64,000 nt of DNA from Cirrosporium novae-zelandiae (GCA_026023565.1 JAPETS010000004.1:558001-622000), one strand, 5' to 3'. Shown: positions 12,074 through 24,771, counted from the first letter of the stretch. A program made the numbers and translations. The notes: a model not told the origin generated them from the sequence alone.

Positions 12074-14148
12074 ATGCAAGTGTCCTTCATTCTAATTTTT
12101 ACATAGGTTAACTTTCGCTGACAGTGTATTAAGGTCTGGTCGTAGAGCTGCAAGCAACCGCATTCGCGGCCCGTGAGTAATCTCCAAAACTCCACGAGGT
12201 GATCCGTCCTATCTACTGGCAACTAATAATTGGGGAATTCAGTCAATCGGCCCTCACAGATTTCTTAGCAGTAAGAGAGACCTCCATTATTATCAATTAT
12301 CAGGATTTAGACTAATTTTACCAATTACAGGCAAATAATATATCTGCTAATCGGATTCGAGATGACTTTCTCAGACGCCAACAAGAATCTTCCGCCCAAC
12401 CTTCCTCAGCAGGGGGAACGTCACAAGAAGAGTCAGAAGAGCTCCAGGAGACTAAAGCTCAACAAAATAAGAGAAAGAACGAAGAAGAAAAAGCGCTCAA
12501 GAAAATCAAGAAAGGCAAACAGGCTAAACGTCGCAAGAAAATGGCCCCCGAATCGGATGGTGACGATGATGTATTATGGGATGTGTATAAGAAATCGAAT
12601 CCCCTTCCTGGCCAGTTGGAGAATTGTGAGATATGCGAAAAGCGATTTACGGTTACAGGATACAGCAAAACTGGTCCTGATGGTGGCCTTCTATGCTCCA
12701 AATGTTCAAAAGACGTTGAGGCCGGCAACAAAAAAGACAAGCTAAAAAAGAATGCCGCAACTAGAAGCAGGAGACGGCAAGCGCAAAGTAACTTGCTTGA
12801 TGGCATTGTTCAGACAGGAGCCAAGACTTTGTTGGACATTTGTGTTGAGGTGTGTCCTCTTCTGCCGTCGCCCGTTTCTTGCTAATCATCGTATAGAAAG
12901 TGGCAGACAACATTAACGATGTTGAGGAGTTTGGAGATCTCCCAACAGCCTTACTAGTTCGGCTAAGTCAGATATTGTCTAAGCGACGTATACTTACATC
13001 AAGGACTCTTGACTTGTTCCTGCGTGCAGACAATGATTTCATATTTATATATGATTGCGCAAGTACGTTCGCCCCAGTAAGGCCAATCCTGTTAATACTA
13101 ATATTTAGTAGAACTCGAGAAGGAAGATTTTCAAAAGATCTTTGCTATCATGCCATCCGTCAAGACGGTTGATTTCCGCTGTGCAGGCCAACTTCGGGAT
13201 GAGGTCCTTAGCTATATTATTGATCGAAAGGTTCCAATTGAGTATCTCTGTATTCACGCAGCCAATCTCATATCCGATGAAGCTTGGCAGAGGCTCTTCA
13301 TCAACTATGGACCTTCCCTTCAAGCGCTAAGATTGTCATGGCTTGATTGCGCTCTAGGTGATGCAAGTGTTAAGATCCTGTCGCAAACATGCCGAGACCT
13401 GAAACGATTAAGCCTCAAGAAATGCTTCAAGCTTGGGAATGAATCCATCGAAGCAATATCAAGCATGAAAAATCTGGAGCATCTATCTTTGCTATTCAAA
13501 CAGCCAGTTACTCTGGAGGCTCTTGTTCGAATGGTCAAAGCAACAGGCAAAGGGCTTCAAACACTATCTCTTATAGAGTTTCCGAATGCCGATAATACAC
13601 TTCTTCAAATGATCCATGAAACTTGTCATTGTCTGAATAAACTTCGGTTGACAGATAATGACTTATATACTGATAAGGGTTTCGTCGACCTTTTCGTCAA
13701 CTGGAGTAATCTTCCACTGACTTTCATTGATCTATCCAGTAATCGTCATATTGACAACAACAATCCCGATGGGCCGGAAGAACCTGTAGGCCTTGCTTCG
13801 GACGGGCTACGAGCTTTAATGGCACATTCAGGCAGGAAGCTAGAGCGACTCAACATCAGTTCCTGTCGACACATCAGCCATGAGGCCCTCCTCGATGTTT
13901 TTGATGGCATCAAACAATATGAGAATTTGAGGGATGTGAATATCAACTTCACCAAAGCAGACGATACAGTCGTTGCTGGAATATTCAGAAGCTGCCCTCG
14001 GCTCAAAAAAGTGGAGGTTTTTGGATGTTTCAACGTGAGGGATGTGCGCGTCCCCCCAGGCATCGCACTTATTGGAGTACCAAATGCACAGAATCCCCTA
14101 GTGATTGATGGTAATATTGTGGGGGTTCGTGCCGGTATTGAAGGGTAA
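12074..14148 (+). CDS. RAD7: Rad7 LRR DNA-repair protein (exons 12074-12075, 12134-12172, 12243-12270, 12331-12849, 12897-13062, 13112-14148)
   Basis: N-terminus MSGRRAASNRIRGPQSALTDFLAANNISA matches the Rad7 'IRGP.SALTDFL' signature. Also a zinc treble clef (LPGQLENCEICEKRFTVT...LLCSKC), LSQILSKRR and F-box-type LRRs ending VFGCFNV. Confidence 0.92.
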
Positions 14149-17100
14149 TCACGATCTGGTTCTGGTGATGCAATGCTGGGCTGGCTGGAAGGGCAGAGAG
14201 ATTCGGGCTTCTTCCTGTGTATATCGGATTTCGGTGCTCGTGATGAGGGATGTGAGCTTCGTAAGGGCACATAAAAAGGTGTTAGTGACGCACCCTAGAG
14301 CGATTAAATGGTTTCATGACGGTACACAATTCTATCCAGCAAAGACATTAGGATTAGTGTCTATGAAATGAACATATCCAATAGCAAAATCTCGGAAAAA
14401 AAAGAATCAATCAATCAATCATTTCTATGCTTCAGTCAGTACCCGGAAGATTTTTTTCATCAAGGTTTCTGAATATGAACAATATAAGCGGTCATCCAGG
14501 TTCTCCAAGATTTTGGTGTATTAATGTGCATGTTCCGGTGATAGCGAATCAAGGCAACGTGTTGAAAAGTTGTAAAAGCGGGGGTGCTGCCGAGTCAAAA
14601 ACTGAAAGACTGGAGAGCAGCATGGCACAGCTTGAACAGCTTGCAGGTGTGCATTTGTGGCGCGACAAAGCTTCAAGGATGAGGCCGAGCTATTGGTCTT
14701 GAGGGAATTGCAATTTAATATGGATACTTCGGTAATATCGAGTTGGCCAAATGATGATCTGCACCTTGTTTTGAATCAACCAAAGAATTCGTGTCGGTCA
14801 ATATCGAATGCACCTTGACGGGAGGTCTAATATATATTATACAGTGTAACTACAGTACAGGAAAGCAGTCATTTATTGCTCAATTGGCCTCCCTCCCCCC
14901 TTTTTGCCCCTTTGGGATCGAGTAAATCAAAATCAAAAAAAAATAAATAAAAAAAATCATGGCCAAAGTTAAACAATATTAATAAATGATCGGCTTAGTG
15001 GATTGGTACTAAAATAATGCTGGTTGATATTTAATATTTAGTTTGGTGTGGGCGTCTGCAAGGCCGTGCTCTAGTGAACAACTTTACAAGACCAAATTGC
15101 GGGCTGGTCGTGGCTGGTCAAGTCGTTGCTTATTTGGGGCTCCATGCTAAGAATCAAGATGATGAGGAAGGAAGATGGATGATGAGCTCTTGAACAAGGT
15201 TTCTCCACTTGATCTGTTTCAGAGACAGTGAGGTCACCCTAGGATCATCTAGGATTATGGTAATAAAACTTGCACACCCTTTTTATACAGAATTATACAA
15301 AATTACACAACAATACACCAAATTACCTAGAATTACCTAGAATTATTCCCATCGTCCCATGTCCCCCCCGGGCGCTTGGGTGTTATACAGAGACATTTCC
15401 GTGGTTGGCGTGATGATGCCTGCTAGAAAATAAAAGACAAGTCTACTTCCCATTGCCCATCTAGCTATCCATCAGGTTCTGAGGTTCTGTAACAATTGTT
15501 ACTGGATGCTTATTGGACAAGTCATCCCTCGCCGCCGCCGTGTCAAATATTCAATGGCTGTCATTGCCAGCCACGCGCATGTATTGAAGACAACATACCC
15601 AGAAGCAGGTAACAAACATGACATTGCTTGCGCACATACGGCACAGAACACATGTTTTTGATGATTCCGACGATAATTCCTGTCATTTTGGGTCGTCTTT
15701 GGGTCATCTTGGGTCATATGTCAGCTGTTCACCTCCTGTCTCAGGTCAGCCAGTTGAACGTGAAGAGATATTTATCTAAACATGCATTGAAATGACGACT
15801 ATGTTGGTAGAGAGGTGCATTTTGCTTTCGGAGGATACCAAAGGGTACAAAGCTATAGACTCTAGTTCTTCATAGTTTAGAGAATACACAAGGATAGAAA
15901 ATATAACCCAATAGACTGTAGACCCTGGGGCACAAGTCTCAAGGCGCAAGGACTGGGGGGTGGGGGGGGGGGGGCCCACGGAGAACGGAGATGGGGGGGG
16001 GGATCTGTGGGTAAGGATTCGAGGAAGAAACCTTGGAAACATCCGAATCAGGTAAAGATGTTATTTTTGATGTGATTTAGAAAGTATCTTAGAATGACTT
16101 GGATTATTTCAATGTTCTTTGGTAGTTTTTGTATGTATTGATGTACTGTGTGTGTATTTGTGTCAAAAAGTAGTAAGTCAACCGTAGATTTTTGGCCTTG
16201 AACATTCTCACCTTTTATGGTTAGCGCGTTCCCGACCTCACTCTCGACTTTGCTTTCCATCCCGACACGCAACTTCGAATTCCCCCCCCCCCCCCCAAAA
16301 AAGTCACCTTCATTTCTAACATCTACCTAACCTGCCCTTTCGCTCAGAGACGACAACCTATCTACCATCGCTTTTTTTGCTTCTTCGTCTTCCTCTCCTA
16401 GGTCACCCTCTCTCCGCCTTTGGTCCCTCGTTGATAGACCTCGTCAATTACTACGACTCTCTTTCCGTCACCTGCAGATCCCGCCGCCGTCCATTCTCGG
16501 TAAGCCGCCCTGGCTCTATTTTCCCCCTCGACTTCTATATTTGGTTTTGCACCAGGAGCACGGCTACATTATCACCGCGAATCGCATCCTTTTGAAATTT
16601 TTGTCAGATGGTCATTTTCATTTTTTCCAAGCTCATATCCGGGGTTCACCTTCGTTGTTCAATGCCGAGCGGGTGACAATCGAATCCCCTGAAAACAAGT
16701 TGGACCTCTATGCGAGCCACTGTTTACATTCGCAATAACAACAACAACGACAACGACAACAGCAGCAACAATTCTTCTCTACACCTAGGGCTAGTCATTC
16801 TCTCTGGTTCTAACACTAGAAAGTATCGCTGACACCTATTGTATGACGTTACGACGCTATAAGAACATTGGGGAATTATTGGATTATTGATATCCTGGGA
16901 TCGGAAACGAGTGTGGCCAGAAAGCTAACTTTTTACTGGCATCTGCAGGAAGCCGATTCTGTTCCCAGCGTTTCGGGCCTTACCTTATACTAGCAAGGAA
17001 CTTTACACACCTTCTCTCCCTGATATTTGGATTTTGGAAAAAAAAAACGACAACTACGAAGGAAGACTATACTCTTTGGAACCTTTACAGATATTGATGA

Positions 17101-17218
17101 TAATTCCTGCCTTTATGCTGTGCTGAAAATATTTCGAACGCCTGCACGAATCCTTTTTTTTAAAACAACAAATATTCAAATATAATAACTCGCCAAAACG
17201 GGTGGGAAAAGATTCTAC

Positions 17219-20200
17219 ATGCCCATCAAGATTCCGAAGGCGCTAGCCCGTAGGAAGGCTTCTGGGCATGGTGCTTTGGAAGAGGTTGAGAATCCTCCGG
17301 CATCTTCGTTCAGGGTGTTAGATCGGCCTCAATCTGGACTGGCTGTACGACCGGGCAGATCTACTAGTAAATCTTTTGACGGAGGCTCATTCTTAAAGAG
17401 GTCTAGCCAGGTGCGACCTCTAAGTTCTCCTGAAGATATCTATGGGGAGAACGCGTTCGAAGACTTGCCTGCAGTTCCCAACCCCAATAATAATAGGTGA
17501 GTTGTATGTTTCATTATTTTCCCAGGGCTCAAACTAACATGCAGTAGGGCCAGTGGTGGAACAACACATACTGTGTCCACTGGAGGTCTCTACGACAGCA
17601 GTTCATCATCAGCTCGATATAGTTCCACTTCCACTTTGCCATCGTCCATGGACGAGAAGAATAATGGTGATCTCCATCATTTAAATCATCGAACAACAGA
17701 AGACTACCCTATACCTCCAGTCCCTCATCCTGAACCCGCCTTCTCATTTCGTGCTGCTGGTCGAACATTCTCGTTTGGTATGAAGGGCCCAAAACACTCG
17801 CACACCAGTCCCTCTATTCCGACCATAGACACAATGCCGAAAGAAGCGGTCCCAGAACCACCACAACTACGAGAGCGTGCCTTGACAACTAGTAGTTATG
17901 CAAGCACTGCGACTCCGCCCAAACTTCTAGATAGCGACTTTAACATAGACACGTCGGATCTAGACGGATTTGGTAATATGTTTGAGGGTTTTGGAAAAAG
18001 AAAAAGTCGGGCGTTGACAGAAGAGGCGCAGGCAACAAAACAGTCCACGGGTCCATTGAGTCCAACAAGTCAGAAAGATCTTGACAATATTCTTCCCACC
18101 AGACAAGCCTCATCTAATTACTCCCAACCAACCCCAACAGATGTTACTTCGCCGACAAACTCGGTCCATCGCTCGCTCAAGTTCGATAATCGACCTGCTG
18201 CAGCCCCGTCACCGCTTACCCTTGATTATAAACCTAATCTGGATAATCATTGGATCGCGTCGCCTAGATCCTGGGCTAGCCATGATTCCCACGACGGCTT
18301 AATGTCTTCAGTTAGCCCTGCATTACCCGCCGATCCTTCCGATGATAGACCTCCCGCACCGCCCCGACATTCACAACTGTCCTCCTTTTCCCTCTCACGG
18401 AACCTGCCACCTTCTCAAACAAGCACTTCACCGGTTGAAGATAAGCCTTTCCGATCAAGCGTTAATTCGAGCATTCGACGAAGTGGACACGTCCGAAAAG
18501 ATTCAATGCCATTGGAAGATAAAGACGCGAATATTGTAAATAATTCCATCGCGAGAAGAAATAACCAAGCAAAGATGATGAATCCTGACAGTCCAAAAAA
18601 CGGACAGTCCTACAACAACGGGATTGTATCACGAACAGTAGGGATGTTTGAAAATGACGATGAGGTTTCAAGTGTAACCACGAGTTGGAAGAACACGTCA
18701 AACCAGACAACGCCACGACCAAAAACGGTTGAACGAGTCCATGAAGAGACGGAAGATACCCCGTTAATAGATCAGGCCTTACTAGAGCATGCAAACTTGG
18801 CTACAACGTTTGAAGATTTCCATGATCATGTACAAGAACTCGAACCTCCGAAGAATACCAAGATCATGACCCCCGCCCAGTTTGAGAGATACAGACGAGA
18901 GCAGGAAATGCATGGATCTCCTAGCCAAGCATCTAAGAGCGAGTCTGACAGTGGAAGTGAGGAAGATTACGATGATGAAGATGAGACAGAACGCAATCGA
19001 GAGGCTGTGAAGCAGAGACGCAAACAGGAAGCTCACCTGGCAATTTATCGACAACAAATGATGAAGGTTACAGGCGAGTCGTCAATAGATGATAGATCTA
19101 CAATCAATCGTGCAACCATGAGCACACCAAATCTGATGGCCGGTCGAATGTCTTCGCTGAGTTTAGATCAGAGGGGGATGAACAGTGCAAAAACAAGTGA
19201 GGAAGATGAAGATGAGGATGTTCCCCTCGGGATTTTGGCTGCTCATGGTTTCCCGGGCAAGAATCGACCTCCTACGCGTTTGAGTGGTGCTCCACCTATG
19301 CGATTATCAACGCAGGCATACCCCCCACCGCCGGGTTCTGTTGCTGGAGGGGAGACATTAGGCGGAGGTGGTAATCTTCCTGTATTTGCGCGTCACCTAC
19401 CCCAAGACCCGTACTACGGTGCAGGTCTTGTTAATCCTTCTAATCGCGAATCTCTCGCGTTTGGTCGTGAAGGTACACCGCCATCAATCCAAGGTCCTAG
19501 TGGGGTTCCCCCAGGTGGTTTGGTAGGGGTTATCGCCAGCGAAGAACGTGCCAAAGCTATGAGACGGGGTAGCCCTAATCCTCAAGCTGGGTTTGGTGGT
19601 GGTGGACAAGGACCTTTCCCACTTCCTTTGATGGACATGAATGCGGGAAGATCAATGACAATGGGTAACATGGTGAATCCGATGTCGATGGGAATGCCAG
19701 CACCGCAGATATCACCTAAAGATCAATCCCAGATCGAGATGAATCAGCAAATAACTCAAATGATGCAGATGCAGATGCAATGGATGCAGACTATGATGCA
19801 ATTTCAGGGTATGCCAGTAGCTGGCGGGCCACAAACCCTTTCCGGCCAACCACCTAATTTCTTAGGAGCTATGCCGATGTCGAGACCACTTTCAATGGCT
19901 TCCAACCTAGCACCTCCTACTCCTCCCGTTCAACAACGGTCCATGAGTATGATGAATGTCCAACCTCCTTGGAATATGCAAGCCAATCAATCACACACGT
20001 CTCTCGCTCCTGGTGGGCTTATGCCTGGAGGCTACACCCCCTCAATTGCACCATCTGAACGTAGCAATGTCGGCATGCCACCCCGTTACCGACCCGTGTC
20101 TATCGCACCAGCAGATGAAAGGCCCTCTAATCGAGCTTCGACTTTTACAGCCGCTTCTTTTAGCAACTGGAAACAGCATGAAACCGAGAAGATCAAAGCT

Positions 20201-20443
20201 ACTGCCACAGCAACAATCCGACCGGTTGGTGCACAGGACAATACACGTGGTATTCGAGCCTCGGTGCGGGGAAATGGGGGTAGCGATGACGAGGATGATG
20301 ATAAGGGTTGGGAAGAGATGAAGAAGAAGCGGGAAAAGAAAAAGAATGCGTGGAAGCTTCGGAAGGGTAAGGGGGATAACATAGGGAATGAAGTAGGGGG
20401 ATTGGAAGATTTGTATTCAAGCCCATTAACTGCAGCCCAGTGA
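17219..20443 (+). CDS. Large low-complexity P/S/M/Q-rich protein of unknown function (intron 17497-17547)
   Basis: Two ORFs are joined in frame by a GTGAGT..CTAAC..TAG intron. Short motif-like islands (IMTPAQFERYR, RRKQEAHLAIYRQQMMKVTG, EDEDVPLGILAAHGFP, YTPSIAPSERSNVG, DDDDKGWEEM) sit in disordered sequence. Confidence 0.8.
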
Positions 20444-22454
20444 AGAAAAAAATGACTGTATTGGGTGGATCTGAGATATGGCCCTCTCGTGGGTAGAAAC
20501 TGTCGTTGATATCCATTTTATCCTTTCACTTGAGCATGCATTTCCGACGGCTTTTAGGGGTGGAAAGCGACAGGAAAATGGGAGCTGGAAGAAGGAAAAA
20601 CTTTTCAAAAGAAATTTTGATCATTTATATGCATGCATATTGGAGCGTTGTGTGGTGAACCGAGGATTATCGGCTCTGAAAATCATTAATATCTCCAACT
20701 TTTATCTTTCGTTATAAGGTTGTTTGTCAAGCGAGTGGATTGGAGCGAGCAAGCTGCGAAGCATGGCGTGCAATGAAGATTTGGTTTGAGAAGAAAGAGA
20801 GCGGAAAGAAGGTGTTCGGCTTGTGTATAATTTGTACCTCTTGTGTGTGTTTGTCTGATTTTTTTATTATTTCTTGCATTGCTGAAAGTCTTCTGGCTGT
20901 GGTCATTTTTGGGATTATGGGGTTTTTTACCTTTTGGTGGATCTGAGCACTTTTTTTTTTGTTTTTTCTCTTTTCATTCTCCATAGATAGAGAGAGGTAG
21001 GTATCAAATGGACATGGTTCCTCTACAGACATGAGGGGGAACGATATCTTAATGCTTATATGGGGTACGTAGCATGCATATATATTTTTCGTGAAATGAG
21101 ATGAAGAAAGAGGTGGGGAGGGAGGATTTGGGATAGGACGGTGGAGAGGGAGGTTATTGATTAATTATATTATGTTAACTCTCTACTAAAAATCTCTTCT
21201 TACCTTTGTGCAAAAAACCACCACAACCTAGATTATGTTATCGTAGTATTAGTTAGTAGTCTAGTGTACGTCTTTGTCTACGTAAAGTGTGTTGGCTGAG
21301 CTTACTCGGTTAGTTACCCCCCGGAGAGAAAAAAGAATACGCGTAACACAAAAGTCATCACCACCTTTTTTATCTGGGTAGCTAGTAAATAAGCCTCAAT
21401 CAAGTTTTATATCCATCCATACAAAACCAAGGAAGAAGAAGAAAAAAAAGGGTCTGTGGATTATTCAATTGGATTTTTTTCTATCTCCACTGACTGGGGT
21501 TACGCGTTATCTATCGAGGTATCTAGGTAGGTATCTAGGCACCTACCTTATACCTTATATCCGGATATTATACTATACTAATACTATACTTATTTCCAGT
21601 ATCTACAAAGCCCGTCCCCATGAACGCATCACAGACGGTAAAAAAATCCAAGTCTACACACTAATGTTAATAACTTTAACTACTGGATAAATCGCTGATT
21701 AGATTAGCTACACACACTATGGAAGCAGGTAGAAGTGGGAGTGGAAGTGGAATTGGAAGTGGGAGGTATGTAGATGATATGGTAGATATATAGATAAATA
21801 GTTATCTGATTGGAGGAGAGGAGAGGGGAAGGGGGGGGGATGGAAGGGTGATTTGGGTTGAGTGGATTGGGTGATGATAAGGATGATGGAGATGTTAAGT
21901 TATATACCTTACGATATATATATATAGAAACATACGCACACACAACCCATCCCATCCCACCACCATCATCACCATCATAATCCCCCCCCCCCCCCCCCCC
22001 AAAAGCCTTTATAACCATCCCCTTAGACCCCTAAACCCTTGAGATCGAAAAAACTTCGGTATTAGAGTATTTTGGGTTCTGGCTTGCTTTTTTTTTTTTT
22101 GATGGGGGTTGTTCAGGATTGGGGGTGCGTGATGGATGGATGGATGATTAGTTAGTTGGTTTACTCGACTTACTTACTGACTGGTAAGGTTCTTCTCTCA
22201 TCATCATCAGAAGAAGAAGAAGAAGAAGAGGAAAGAGAAGAAGGGATTGATGGGTCTTGCCTTTTTTTATTTAATATTTAAAAACTTAAGAAAAATATTC
22301 TATATAGAGAAAGAGGGAAGGAAGGAAAGAGCTGGGATATGATTATTATTATTATTGTTGTTGTTGTTGTTGTTTGAGATGATCTAGTTTGATAGGAAAG
22401 GGGGGAAAGGGGGAAAAGGGAAGGAGATGCTATCCTATTCTATACCATTCTATC

Positions 22455-24771
22455 CTATCCCACAAAGAAATCTCTCGCCCACCGCTTCACCCTACCCTTC
22501 CCATCTTCCCTATCTGTATCATCGTTATCACCAGCCTTACTCCGCACAGCCAACCACTCCCTCCTCCCTGTCACCAGATCCATCTCCTCTAGTCTCACAA
22601 AGCTAGTCTTTCTAACAAACTTGTACGAGAAGAAAAGGACTAAGAAAATCGGAATCACAAGGTAGCTGCACACAAAGGCCACAGGCTGCCAGGGGGTCAG
22701 CAGCGTCGTGTAGCCCTGGATGATTAGCAGGAAGGAGTTCATGCCGACGCAGAGGTACGCGCCATAAGGGTACCAGAGGGCCTTGAAGGGTAGGTCGTCG
22801 ACGCTGTATCCCTGGACGGCGTACCCGCGGCGGAAGCGGATGTGGATGAGGCCGATGGTGCCCCAGGCGATGAAGGCGGCGCCGCCACCGATGTCGCAGA
22901 GGTAGGTGAAGACTTGTCCCGGGGTGGCTTTCATATTGAGGATGGCGAGGAAGGCGAAGCAATGCGTGAAGATGGTGGCGGCGATGGGAACACCGGATTT
23001 AGATGTCTTGGCGAAGATGGATGGTGCGTGGCCCACCGTCGCCATGTAACGTAGGGTGCGTGCACCCACGTAGATGGCTGATGGGATTGAGGAGAGTAGG
23101 CAGATTATCATGACTGCGTTTACTAGGTCACCGGCGCTGGACCAGCCTGCGTTGACGAGCGCGATGGTGATGGGAGATGAGGCTGTTTTGGAGGTCGCGT
23201 TTAGTAGGTCGGTGGAATTCGAGGGGCAGATGATGCCTGTGGAAGTTGTTAGGAGATTTTCTTCTTTGAGGTTGGGGGGGAGGAGGTAGGACTGACCAAA
23301 GAAAAATAGGGTTCCTAGATATACGATGACGATCCGCCAGAATGTTTGCTTAATTGCCTGTTTTGTGCATTAGCTATGTATATAATTATATGATACAGTC
23401 CCAAGCCGTTAGTATCTAACTGTCTACAAGTACTGGTACTTGTACTTATTTTACCTAAAACCTTCGCTAACATATTAATATCAATGTCGATTTCCATAGA
23501 AAACTGGGTTTTAACTAAACCCCCGTTTCGTTTTTGAACCTCCCCAAGATGAGTTGGTGAAGGCTTTGGTAGTCATCAGACGTGTGAGGTGGTTAAATAC
23601 TAACGGCCCGGGATTGTAAAAAAAACACCGTGATGTTTTACCTTTGGGACATCCCGCCTTGGATTTATACTTTCACCTGCAGTGATCCCTATCATTTCTG
23701 CACCGGCATAATATACTGCGGCAAGGACAAAAACTTTGCCAAAGCCATTGATCCCATTTGCAAATGGACCAGGATCCTTCCTGATTTCTATCAGTTAATT
23801 CACCACCAGAAGAAATGACCTGGTATGAGATGGCACGCACCAATAACGGAAACCGATATAGTCTCCGCCAATTGCACCAGTGTTGATCAATATAGACACA
23901 AAGAATACTGCCAAGACGAAGATGAGTTTTATCGTCGCAAGCCAGAACTCCATTTCTCCGTATAGCACAACCCCGAGAAGGGTAATGGTCATGAAGAAAA
24001 CCCAGAAGATCAAGATGAATCCGTAGCTTGGGAAAGATTCGCTCCAATAGCTTAGGATCAAGGTGATGGTGTTGTATTCAACGGGTATGAATGTCGCCCA
24101 CTTGCATAGCCAAGTCAATACAGTATGCCTCGCATGGGTAGGAGAGTGTTGAAGCCTACCATGTACCAATAATTCCAGGTGAATGCAAAAGACATGGCTG
24201 GATCGACGAATCGACCACCCATCTATGCGGATGGTCAGCTCTACGTTTACAAATAAGCATTGCAAGTGCGCGAGTAGTCATACCTCCATAAAGGATCCAG
24301 AGGTTGGAAATAGGGTCGCAATCTCCCCCAAACTTTGCATGGTGATGAATATATCAAAGCCCACAACACCAAATCCGATCAAGGCACCCAGCTACTTTTG
24401 GGTCAGAGCACATGCGGAGAAAGAATAGATAAGTAGGAGGTGTATGTATACAGGACCACCGTATTTCAAAGCATAACCAAGAGAGTAGAAGGTTCCAGCT
24501 CTAAGATAAACATCAGTTGTAGAAAGGGAATGGCTACGTTATCGCAGGGCTAAAAGGGCATGCTGGTAGAGTACCCGATAACACCTCCAAAAGCAATCAT
24601 CTGCAAATGTCTAGATTTAAGACCTCTTCGAACGCCGTCATCGATCAATTGTCCTTGGTCATTGAGCGTATGCTCTTCTTGGCCTCCTTCAATGATAACC
24701 TGGGCGCCATCCTCGATAGGAAATGGTACCTTTGCTGTGGAAACACTAGGGTCCTGTTTTCCTAACGACAT
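22455..24771 (-). CDS. Amino-acid permease (APC/YAT family), about 8 exons
   Basis: Motifs RGLKSRHLQMIAFGGVIG, SLGEIATLFP, RFVDPAMSFA..WNYW, YGEMEFW, IGFRYWKDPGPF, AGESINPRRDVPKAIKQTFWRI, LPFKALWYPYG and EMDLVTGRRE. Introns splice in frame. Confidence 0.92.
23396..23616. mobile_element. MITE / non-autonomous Tc1-mariner-type DNA transposon inside a permease intron
   Basis: 25-bp TIRs: CAGTCCCAAGCCGTTAGTATCTAAC (23396-23420) versus the reverse complement of 23592-23616, CAATCCCGGGCCGTTAGTATTTAAC (21/25 identical). TA flanks both sides (23394-95, 23617-18). No ORF. Confidence 0.8.

Noticed and set aside
14427..14830. 91-aa ORF and an ELLVLRELQFNM cyclin-like fragment
   Set aside because: No coherent domain or splice model, and stops occur in all frames.
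21338..21510. Repeated ACGCGT sites (also about 31168 and 56534) as a cell-cycle module
   Set aside because: A 6-mer is expected many times by chance in 64 kb, and these copies lie in 3' spacers.
23515..23580. Hammerhead-like CTGATGA...GAAA on the minus strand inside the MITE
   Set aside because: The stem II closing pair is missing (C opposite C), and I could not build stems I/III around an NUH site.
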